DNA from: Octopus sinensis
Lineage: Eukaryota
Assembly: GCF_006345805.1 (NCBI RefSeq)
Contig: NC_043019.1
Span: forward strand, 22,071,360-22,135,359
Direction of reading: 5' to 3'
Length of the DNA stretch: 64,000 bases
The first letter of the stretch is position 1. The number at the start of each line of letters is the position of its first letter. The notes below the pieces were generated by a model that searched no databases, was not told the DNA's origin, and saw only the letters and a list, made by a program, of their open reading frames with translations. Below are positions 12,723 to 24,700 of the stretch, piece after piece. Position numbers and translations under genes: made by a program.

Positions 12723-15700
12723 ATATATCATATATATATATATATATACATCATATATATATATATATATATATATGGTAATTAAGGGTTTAGCAACGAT
12801 TTGCCTCACCACACACCGAATTTAGAAATAGCAGTCAAAGAGTTTTGGCTATTCTTTCTACTTAAAAGTAGCAAGAATAGCCAAAACTCTTTGACTGCTA
12901 TTTCTAAATTCGGTGTGTGGTGAGGCAAATTGTTGCTAAACCCTTAATTACTTAGTATTACTTAAACCTTCCTTGAATGGGGCTTTTACATGCCGAAATC
13001 TACTTGGTGAAATTAATGATTATTCCAAATTAATTAATTTCACCCTTTATTATTATATATATATATATGTATATACACACGCACACAAATGTATGTGTGT
13101 ACTCGCACTTGTATATGTATTTGTTGATACCTGTATTATATATTCATGTTTATTTATTCTCAGTTTTACGTTTTCTTTATTCTAAGTGATCGGATATAGT
13201 TTCTTTGAACTTTTTTATTTCTGGTTTATTGTCGATCACAGCTGGTCACAATTTGCTTTTTTTGTTACATTATTTTACCTTTCAAATGATGCCCCCACCC
13301 TCTTGTTGAGCAGCAGACCAGTGTGTGTTTATTATAAGCTTGTGAATTTTTGACGAAAACAACAGAAAAAATACTCATTTTAATTGTGATTGCTATTCCG
13401 AAAGTCTAATTTTTAAAATAATTGTCATTATCCAATCTATTTTATTCGTTAATTTCAGTTTTCTATTTTACACTTTTTGGCATTTTTTTTCTTTTAATAA
13501 TATCTTACATTCCTAACGCTGCTAAACATGCCTGTCTCACAAACATTGATCAAAAATCGATATACTATACACAAACACCATCATCATATAATGTCAAACT
13601 GTTTTTACGAAACCAAAATAGCTAGCTTTATCAGTATCGATATGTTTTATTAACTGCGAGTCACTTCCGATCAGAAGATGAAAGTCGTTCGTTCTGTGTC
13701 ACTCTTCTCCCTTATTCAGACCTAGTTTACCTAGGAAAACATTGTCAAATGTCTCCTCTGTTTTTAAGATAATTTGATATGATTTTGAGAGAGATTTTGC
13801 TGTTTTTACGAAAACAAAATACATAGCTTTCGGTAGTATCCACGATGACTATCCTAACAGGATCATCGTATTGTCCAAAAAGGGTACTACTTGAGAACAG
13901 TGGTCCCGGTGCGCGCACTCGCGTAGTCGCGCATCCCTTCTAGCTAGTCGTGACTAGTCGATCGTACAACGACTACCTAGCAAAGTAAATAACACAAAGT
14001 AAGGATCGACTAGTCATGACTAGCTAGCGCGGACGCGCGACTACGGGAGCGCGCGCGCACTAGGACCACTGTTCGCTAGTAGTACCCAAGGACACAAGTA
14101 AATAACACAAAAACACAAATTAAGGATCGACCAGTCATGACTAGCTAGCGTGATTGCGCGCACCGGGACCACTGTTCTCAAGTAGTACCCTCAAGTAATA
14201 ATGAATTCATCATTGTTATTATTACTATTATCTAATGTGACGTTCACGAATTATAAATGGCACCTGAGCACTGTATACAATAATTTCATTATTATTATAT
14301 TATACTGTGTGATTTGAGAGACCTTTTGCTGCTATATTACGAAAGCAAAATAGCTACCTATCTCCATTATCAACAATATTTTTATTAACTGCGAGTCATA
14401 CACATACATTATCTCAGACGTTTCTTCCCACTGCTATTTGGTTCACCTGTCATTTATTCAGAGTATATCTTTGGTACGTTATTCGGTTACTGTTTACTTT
14501 AATACCCGGCCACCAAAACAAGGAAGTGTCATAGGTGTAAAAAAAAAATTGGCAATCTTTCGTTTCTAGTAGACCTTTCCGTCGATGAAAGATTGCCAAA
14601 TTGGCAATTGTATAAACGAATATAAAAACAAAATTTGGGTTAATGTTTACAATATTACCCGGAAACGAAATAAAATAGTGCAACTGGTGTAGGAAACGAA
14701 TATGAAAACAAAAATGCGCAGGACTTCGGAAAATTCACAAGATCCGAGTTTTTCCCTCGTAACTTTTAGGAAAATGGAGTTGTTTTTTCTTTACATGAAA
14801 TTGTATATAAATATCTTTCAAATGGCATAGAGTACGCTTATGAAGAAATTTAAGAGTAAAATCTTTTCCGAGGGGTGGGGAGAGGACTTTCGGAAAATTC
14901 ACAAGATCCGAGTTTTTCCCTCGTAACTTTTAGGAAAATGGAGTTTTTTTTTTTTTACATGAAATTGTATATAAATATCTTTCAAATGGCATAGATTACG
15001 CTTATGAAGAAATTTAAGAGTAAAATCTTTTCCGAGGGGTGGGGAGAGGACTTTCGGAAAATTCACAAGATCCGAGTTTTTCCCTCGTAACTTTTAGGAA
15101 AATGGAGTTTTTTTTTTTTACATGAAATTGTATATAAATATCCTTCAAATGGCATAGATTACGCTTATAAAGATATTTGAGGGTAAAATATTTTCCGAGG
15201 GGTGGGGAGAGGACTTTCGGAAAATTCACAAGATCCGATTTTTTCCCTCGTAACTTTGAGGAAAATGGATATCTTTTAATGAAATTGTATATAAATACCT
15301 TTCAAACGACATGAATTACGGATGCCTAATGTGCCACAAACCCCTTATTTTTATTCGGAAAAAGTGTCCGTATATTAGCAATTTCTGTTGTTCCGTGTTT
15401 TCTTTCTGGCAATCTGTTTTTAAAGTACGATTCCAAGGCGCACATGGCGGAGACGTAACCGGACTCCTCCCCATTAATTTTTTTTTTTTTTTACGGAAGC
15501 CCACGTTTTCCGCTATGGAGATTCCGAGTATGAAAAAAAAATTTGCAAAAATCACAATTTCAATTTTCCACCCACCCCACCCCCACGCACTTCTTCATTT
15601 TTCACCTTTTTTCAGAAATTTTTTAGGGCGAAATAGATATGGAGATTATGATTCTGAAAATAAAAAAAAATAAAAGAAATTACCCCAACCCCCTCCCGAT

Positions 15701-18700
15701 TCTACGGCATTCAAGCAGGCTATCCACATGCTAGAAATAACAGCCAAATCTTAGCATTTTTTTTCCGGAATCATAATCTCCTATCCTACGTATTTCGTCC
15801 CCCCCCCCCCAAAAAAAATTCTGAAAACAAGTGAAAAATGAAGAAATGGGGTGGGGGGAATTGAAATTACGATTTTTGCAAAATTTTTTTTTTTTCACAA
15901 TCGGGATCTCCATAGCCGAAAACGTGGGTTTCTGTAAAAAAAAAAAAAAAATTAAGTGGGGGTGGGGGTCAGGTTACGTCTCTGCCATGTGCGCTATGAG
16001 ATATTAATCTGGCTCAGAATGAGTTCCAAAGAATGAATGAAATGTTACTGTTATTCTGAATGTATTTCTCAAAAGGAAATATACAACAGAAAAAATTGGA
16101 ACACTAGGTGAGAAATTCCAAATCAGTACTTTTCGTGTTTAAATATATATATTATTCCGTACCAGTTTATTTGTTGTCGAACCAAGTTGAATCATGCATC
16201 ATAAAATAGGGGATTACCTTCTCTCAATTTCTACTGTTTACACACCCTATTATGTTCTATATTGACGACTATATTTCGCACATACGGTTTCGCACCATAA
16301 GGGAGGTCACTGTGTTACAATTCTAGTTATTAATTTAGGTTATCATTGTAACTTACCTGAAGATCATGTGCATCCACAGGCGAAACTCATAGTAGCAACA
16401 GACTATCTCAACCAATATGAAAATATTAATCTATATTACATTATCGAGTTCCTTCCGACAGTCAACGCTAAAGATGTACATATATATATATATCTGTAAA
16501 CAAAAAGCTGCTCTATCATGACTGACGTTCGCTTACAACTATTGCCTCATGTCAAAACAATGACAGAGTAACACACACACATATATATATGAGATATCTG
16601 GTGCCACATAAAAAGCACCCAGTGCACTCTATGGAGTGGTTGGGCATTAGGAAGGGCATCAAGCTATAGAAACCATTCCACAACAGATATTGGAGCCTGA
16701 TGCAGCCCCTGGCCTTCCCAACTCTGGTCAAACTGTCTAACCTGTGCCAGCATGGAAAATGGACATTAAAAGATGATGGTGATGATATATACATATATAT
16801 GCACACAAAGACACCCATATATATATACACATATATTCACACACATCTATATACACATGTATATAAACATATATACATACATACACTTGAATATATATAT
16901 ACATATAAATATTTATGTGTTTAGTTATATATGTGTATGTACATTCCTACCTACTCGCATACATATGATAGGCTTCTTTCAGTTTCCATCTACCAAATCT
17001 CACAGGACTTTGGTCAATCCTGGGTGAACAACACTTGTTCAAAGTGGATATCCATGCTTGTACATATGTGTGTGTGTTATCTTTTACTTGTTTCAGTCAT
17101 TAAACTGTGGCCATGTTAGGGCACTGTCTTGAAGAATTTTAGTCAAACGAATTGACTCCAGTACTCATCAGTCTCTTTTTCTGAACTGCTGAGTTATGGG
17201 GCATAAATACTCTAATACCAGTTTTCAAGTGGTAAGTGGGGACAAACACAGACACAGTGACACACACATATGTGTATACATATAGTGACACACACGCATA
17301 TACATATATATATAACAGGTTTCATTCAGTTTCTGTCTACCAGATCTACTCACAAGGTTTTGGTCGGCCCAAAGCTATACTTGCCAAAGGTACCATGTAG
17401 TTCTTACCACATGTAGCAAGCTTCTTACCACACAGCAACTTTTATGTAATTTATAAATAAGACATGAGTAATAATACTTCGAAAATAAAGTTTAATATTT
17501 CATTTTGATTAAAATACTAACGACTTCAGAGCAAAACATCTCATTTACAGTTCACCTGCATTAAGCTTCTCTGATTATCCCTCACTTCCTCTCCATTTTT
17601 TGTTTTAGTTTGCATCATCCGGTGTAACTGATTTGTTGCATTTTATTATATGTAAGATAAGATTAAAAAAAGTTGAAAGGACTTTGAAATACAAAAGACA
17701 AACAGAACAACTAAGCAGAGACACTGTTATAGGAAGCGAGCAGATACGTTGTTTGATACTTTAGGAAAAACTACTTCATTAAGCTTAGAGAAAAGCAATG
17801 TCAAAAGTAGACAGAATGACTTCAGCTCATGTCAAGTGATTTAAAAGGTATAAATCTTATAAATTGGAACAAATTCAACAGCTTCAAATATTGATGTGTT
17901 AATCACAGAAAAAGTATGTATATATATTCATACAAAAAGATGTAATATATATATATATATATTGAGATATGGGGAAATATCTTACTCAGAAATAGGTTAG
18001 CAACAGGAAGGGCGTCTGGCCACAGAAAATCTGCCTCAGCAAATTTGTCCAAACTAAGCAAGTATGGAAACTGGATGTTGAAATGTTACACAATCTTTTC
18101 TATACTTTTTGGATGTGTGGTCAAGTGGTGCACTTTGCAATTATGTGGTTTCAGATTCAATCCTCTCAGGTAAAATCTTAGGCAAATATCTTCTACAGCT
18201 CCAAACTGACCAAGGCCTCCTAACTGGATTTGGTTGGCAGAAAGCTTGGTTCCCAACCACAATGGTTCCATGTTCAGTCTCACTGTGTAGCACCTTGGTA
18301 AGTGCCTTCTACTGTAGCCTCAGGCCAACCAAAGCCTTGTGAGCAGATTTGGTGGATAGAAACTGCAATAAGTACATTGTATATGTATCTACATATATCT
18401 ATGTGTGTTTGTGTTTATTTCCCCCGGTACTGCTTGACAACCATATTGGTGTGTTTACATCCCCATAACTTAGTGGTTCAACAAAAGAGACTGATAGAAT
18501 AAGTACCAAGCCATAATTCAATGGCTGGACCATGTAAAATAATGGTTTGTAATTTAGGCCCACGGCCTCCAATTTCTGAGGTGGGGGGTAGTAGTAGTTG
18601 ATAACGTCAACCCCAGTATTCGACTGGTGCTTTCATTGAAGCTTGAAGGGATGATTGCCAAAGTCGACTGTGGTAGGATATGATTTCAGAATCTAAAGAA

Positions 18701-21700
18701 GTATTACAAGACATTTTGTCTACTGTTCTAACAATTCTGTCTGCCCACCTCCAATTTAAGCAAGAAAACCAGTAGTTTTGTTGGAAGGGGAGGAAGTTGA
18801 TTATATTGGCCCTGTGTTCAACTGGCTGCTTATTATATTGACCCCTAAAGGATGAAAGGCGAAGTCAACCTCAGTGGAATTTGAACTCGGAACATGAATG
18901 AGTCAGAAGAAATGCCACTAAGCATTTTATCAAGAACAATAACAACTCTGCCAGATTACCACCTTAGAAACAATTTAAATAACTTTTTCTTTTATAGGCC
19001 CAAGGCCTGAAATTTTGCGGGAGGGTACTTGTCAATTACAGCAATCCTATTGCTCGACTGGTCCTTATTTTTATTGACCCCGAAAAGATAAAAGGCAAAA
19101 TTAACCTTGGTATTTCAACTCAGGACAATGATGGATGGCTGCTAAGCATTTTGTCCAGTGTGCTGACAATTCTGCTAGCATGCCACCTTAACCCTTCAGC
19201 ATTCAAACCGGCCATATCTGGCCAAAATATTTAACCTGTTTTATATTGAAACTGACCAGATCTTGCCACTCACCTCAGCCCTACCATGTCGTTCTAAAAC
19301 TAAAAAAATCACATCACTGAAATCTCTAAACTACAAGATAATGCATGATTAATTCAAACCATTTTAAATAAACAAACATCACATTTGACAGAATAATCTG
19401 AACACTAAAGGGTTAAGATCATACATTCTTAACTGAGAACTGAACCCAGGCCACCTGGTATCCTAACCACTATACTACTGATTATTATGATTATTTCTCA
19501 TATGTGATTATGAATGGAATGAATAAAATCTACCTAATAATTCTGCATTTCTTTTTCTTTTGTGAATGGGGTTAGATTCTACTTATTGAAATGTTTTGCA
19601 TTTATAATTAACTACTGATTTTATGAATCTGTAATTAAAGATTACGTTTGACAAATATTGTTTAAATGACAAAAAAAAAAAAAAAAAAAGAGCTTTAGTA
19701 GAAGTTAGCAGCTTTGTGTTGGCTGCTAATCTGAGATTATGGCAGGTTTAAACCTCAACACAGATAAGTGTCTGTAGTTGTTGTTGTTGTTGTTATAAGT
19801 ACACTGTGCTGCAGAATTTCAATTCTCTATTATCCAGCCTCTTCAGCTTGACATATTTCTCAGAGTTATTAAATATTTTATAGAAATGTTATAGGAATAA
19901 ACATTTTTTGTCTTTTCCTGATTTACATGAGTTTTTAAAGGATTACAAATGATGATGATGATGATGATATATATGTGTGTGTGTGTGTGTGCATTTATAT
20001 ATAGTGAAAGAGTGAAACAACATTGCATATATTACAGTGACATTCATTTACAATCATCACATGGTGCCGAGGCAAGGGATGAACACATACATTTGTAGAT
20101 ATATGTAAGTGTGTGTGTGTGTTTGCATGTTTCATATTATCTGTCTGTTCCTTAACCCTGTCTCAAATATGTCTGTGATGAACCAATCATTGATTCAAAA
20201 ACACAACAAGCCAAGAACTGTGACCAAGACACAAGAACTGTTGTTGGTAAGTTTGCATTTAAGATATTACATCTTCTGTCCCAATGTATGTAGAACTAAA
20301 AATGAGAAGGGAAGGGGGCAGGTCAGGCATTGTTGATAATTCCAGTAACTCACTCATTTGGAAGAAGTAAGCAGCAAAGAAGGAGGGGTTTGTGCCCCTA
20401 GACTCTGCAAACCTTCCAAGGTTGATGAAATCACCACAGTTAGTGTAAGCTTTGAATAGCAGCAACTTGATAGCATCAGGAGAATTTCTTAATGGGATAA
20501 TGTTTTGGGGAGGAAATACTAGAAAAATTGGTATGTGCAAGACCTAGTGAAATTAGGGTGGTGAGGTGATACAAGTGGATTGGGTGGGCCTGAGTGGAAA
20601 TGGCATACCTATCTACTAAAGGTCCATCAGCACTGGAGAAGCTGACATCATTATCATTTAACATCCGTTTTCCATACTGGCGTTATTAGATGGTTTAACT
20701 GGAGCTGTAAGCTAGAGACCTGCTCCAGGCTCCAGTCATTCGCTTTTGGCTTGGTTTCTACAGCTAGATGCCCTTCCTAATGCCAACTACTTTACAGAGT
20801 CTACTGGGTATCTTTTACATGTCAACTGCACAAGTGCCTTACACATGTCACTGGCATGAGAGCCTTTAGTAAAAGAAGCAGTGAGAAGATTGCAGGTATG
20901 TGTACCAGAGGTTGGAAACCTTCAACCTCAGTCTCTAGTTTGAGTTTAACTCTACATCTCAACGTACTATTCTCATATGGCACCTTCTTTGTGTAGTGCC
21001 ACAAACTTTTTAAGAATTCATCAAAAGCTGCAAAGTAGTCTTATGAGACAGAAAGAGTTGGTGATAATTGAAAGTTCAATACTTTCTTTATCCTGTTGAT
21101 TGTATTAACAGGAGCCGAGTCCTAATAGAATTTTTATAATGAAATTTTCTGGTAATTTTTTTAAAATGTGTTTTGTACGTATATCTGCACATGTTTTTAC
21201 CTCTGCTCGCTTTATCAACTCCTTCAACACTCCAACCCAGAAATATCAGTTCAACTAATTAGTTTAATTAGTTTTACAAAATTAATACATCTAATCTGTA
21301 TGATTATCAGCTTTTTGTTTTCAAAGTCTGAGTCATTTAGTAAGATATTTTTAAAATGGAGACTTACTTTTCCCATTGTTATTATCTAATACTTATAAAG
21401 TTATTCATCTGATCATTTTGCAGTGACATGTCGAACAGCTCCAAATATTACGTGTCGTGGAGAATCAAAGAATGAATCACAGAAATTCACAAGACACCTA
21501 CCCTGTAAATGGACGTAAGTCCTGGAGTTTTTAATTTTCCTTCTGTTTTTTATATTAAATTATCATCACTACCGTGCCGGTGGCACGTAAAGATCACCAT
21601 CCGATCGTGGCCGTTGCCAGCCTTGCCTGGCCCCCATGCCGGAGGCATGTAAAAAGCACCATCCGACCATGGCCGTTTGCCAGCCCCGTCTGGCACCTGT

Positions 21701-24700
21701 GCTGGTGGCACGTAAAAAGCACCCACTACACTCACGGAGTGGTTAGCGTTAGGAAGGGCATCCAGCCGTAGAAACATTGCCAGATCAGACTGGGCCTGGT
21801 GCAGCCTTCTGGCTTCCCAGACCCCAGTTGAACCGTCCAACCCATGCTAGCATGGAAAGCGGGTGCTAAATGATGATCATCATCTAACATCTATTGTCCA
21901 TGCTGGCATGAGTTGGACGGTTTGACCAGGGCTGGTAAGCTGAGGAGCTGCACCAGACTTCAGTCTGATTTGGCATGGTTTCTACAGCTGGATGCCCTTC
22001 CAAATGCCAACTACTCCAAGAGTGTAATGGGTGCTCTTACATGCCATCGGCACAGGTGCCAGTTGTGTAACACCGGTATCTGCCACGACTATGATTTCAC
22101 TTGACTTGCTGGGTCTTCTTCTCAAGCACGGTATATTACCAAGGTTTTGGTCATTTGTCATTGGCTCCATGAGGCCCAACGCTCAAGAGCTGCTTTTTAC
22201 GTGCCACTGGCATTGGCCACATTGCCTCACATTTCAGAGTCAGAGCACAATGTCTACTAAAGACATACATTTTTGATTCTTCATTATCATACCCACAGCT
22301 TCTTTCTGCACCCTTATGACCTATTCCTTATTTGTAATGAGTGAAAATGAACTGAAAACCACAAGGTTGGGGAGTAAACTTCTTGACCACATGCCTATAT
22401 CATCATCATTTAACAGCCATGTCCTACCATTCATGCCAGCATGGTACAGGTTGGATGGGTTGACAAGGATCCAGTATGTCCAGGCACCACATCATGCTCC
22501 ATGGACTGCATTGGCATGGTTTCTATGGCTGGATGCCCTTCCTAACACAGTGTGTACTGGGTGCAATTTCTGTGTCACCAGCACTATTGGGGCTGCCATG
22601 CAGCACTGAGAAGTTGGGGTCAGAGTAAGTTCTTGTTATGGAGGAGCTGCATGGATACTCACAATTAGGGGAGAAAGAATGAGAATTGGTGGTGTCTCTG
22701 AAGAGATAATGATGGAGATGCGATGTCTGAATGGCACCTCAAGGTACAAGGCGAGTAGTAGTGAGTGGGGATGCAGTAGCTAGGTGTATAGGTTGGGGTT
22801 GCAAGAGTGTATGAGGGGGAGAGGGACATCTGTAAAGATTGGGATGGGTTGAATGGAGGAGGCGCATGAATTGGGGAAGGTAGAGGGATGCTAGCAGCAG
22901 CAGCACGGTAATGGTGATATAGTTGACAGGGAGAGGAAAGAGATGACTTGCTTGAGTAGGTTGCTGGAGTGAGGTAGAGAGAGATGATGAAGTAGAAAAT
23001 AAGATTTGGAGAGAATCAAGCAGAACCCACAGTAAGTACTCCTGCAAGGAATTAGCTATCAGTTTATATAGTAATTAAATGACAATGTGTATGCATAAAG
23101 ATTGTGATATCTGGCCCCTTGCTGTACTCAAGAAGACACATCTGCCATAGCAGAATTGATACCAGTGCTAGTGCTACATAAAAAGCACTCAGTAAACTGT
23201 GGAGTGGTTGGTATAAGGAAGGGCATCCAACCATAGAAACCATGCTAGAACAGATCATAGAGCTTGATGTGGCTCCTGGCTTTACCAGTTCCAGTAAAAC
23301 CATCCAACCCATGCTACCTTGGAAAATTGACATTAAATGATGATATGAAGAAAAAAACAAAAAAACAATTGCCAGTCATGATGAATAAAATAGAGACAGC
23401 ATCAAAATATATAAATTATTTTTCTTAATGACTTTCTGAATGTCATTAGCATAAAAACACAGGTTTCAAAACACAGCAACATCCAACATATTCCAGAATC
23501 TAACGATGAAATTTTCTTTTTTTCTTTTCTGAAGAAAAATTTGTTAATGAGTTTTATCTTTGATTCTATCTCATTAAATCAGCTGTGATTCTGACATCAA
23601 CCTCATAAGCAATGCAAATTGATTTAGCTCTATTTTGCTAATGAGGTTCAAATTTCTCTTGCTTTATCTACTAATGAAAGTTAGATGTAAAATGTCATAA
23701 AGCTCATTATATTTCATCTCCTTGTTTTTAATTTAATTCACGGTTAGTTGAATCTTAACTGTTTAGAAGAATTTCTTTAAGCCATTTTGATACATGCATG
23801 ATTGTATCTGTATATTTCTATCTACCTCAACAAAATACAATTGGTTAATTTTATTTATTTTTTGTTTTTTATATTGTTTCCCTTCTTGCAGAAATGGTCA
23901 CTCATTTGAAACAGCTTTACTGTTATCAATATTCCTTGGTATGTTTGGAGTTGACAGATTTTATCTTGGTTACCCTGCTATTGGTAAGTCACTGCTATTA
24001 GTATTTTAGTATTTACTAAGAATTTTTATAAATATATGAACTATAATGTAAGTGAGCAGTTGTTGAGGTGACTAATTCAGTTGAGTGCTATGCTAAATGC
24101 TTTATATAGTAATTTTTGATGTTGTCCCTCTTGGGACAAATCTTGTTAAACTTTCGACTTTGTCTTTTCTCCATTCCAAAGGGCATCTACTGACAATGAA
24201 ATAGGTCTCTCTCAGTTTCAGTGCTGAATATTCAGTTGTTCAATCTCAACTAAATATACCATGCATGTACGATGCCCCCCCCCTCTTTTTTCCCCTGAAT
24301 ATGCACAGTTGAAATTAGAGTGTCTTTTATGCCATCAATGTTCCCTCAAAGATGGAGTTTGAGAATATCCTTCAAAGGCTGAAGAGATACTCTGAGTTAT
24401 TAAATCTGCTTTTTTTTTTTTATCTTTTTAGGACTTACCCTTATTTTTCTTGTCATTAAATCTTTATTTACATTTTTTTAGGGCTGCTGAAATTCTCAAC
24501 TCTGGGATTTATGTTCCTCGGACAACTAATTGACATCTTATTAATTGCTACCCAGGTATTTGTAACATGCTATTTATTTACAATCAATTACAATCAATAT
24601 AACCTTTTGTGTAGATCGTAAATGTTTTTAATCAGTCTTTTATCCAAAAACCTAGTGTTCTCCCTTGGTTTACTGTCATTCACTGTGTTTTAGCTGAGTT

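Larger units (their letters stand above)
12550..20166 (+). other. U12-type intron with AT-AA termini (TM2D1 intron 1, 7617 nt)
   Basis: 5' ATATCCTTT; branch site TTCCTTAAC ending 10 nt before the 3' end; ends ctgtctcAA; this is the only nearby junction that keeps the TM2D1 frame (GGA CA|A TAT GTC TGT). Confidence 0.88.

Noticed and set aside
16352-16471. Minus-strand pseudo-exon ending CTTCAG|GTAAGT
   Set aside because: Stops in all three frames, no partner exons, and it lies in the mirror-like patch.
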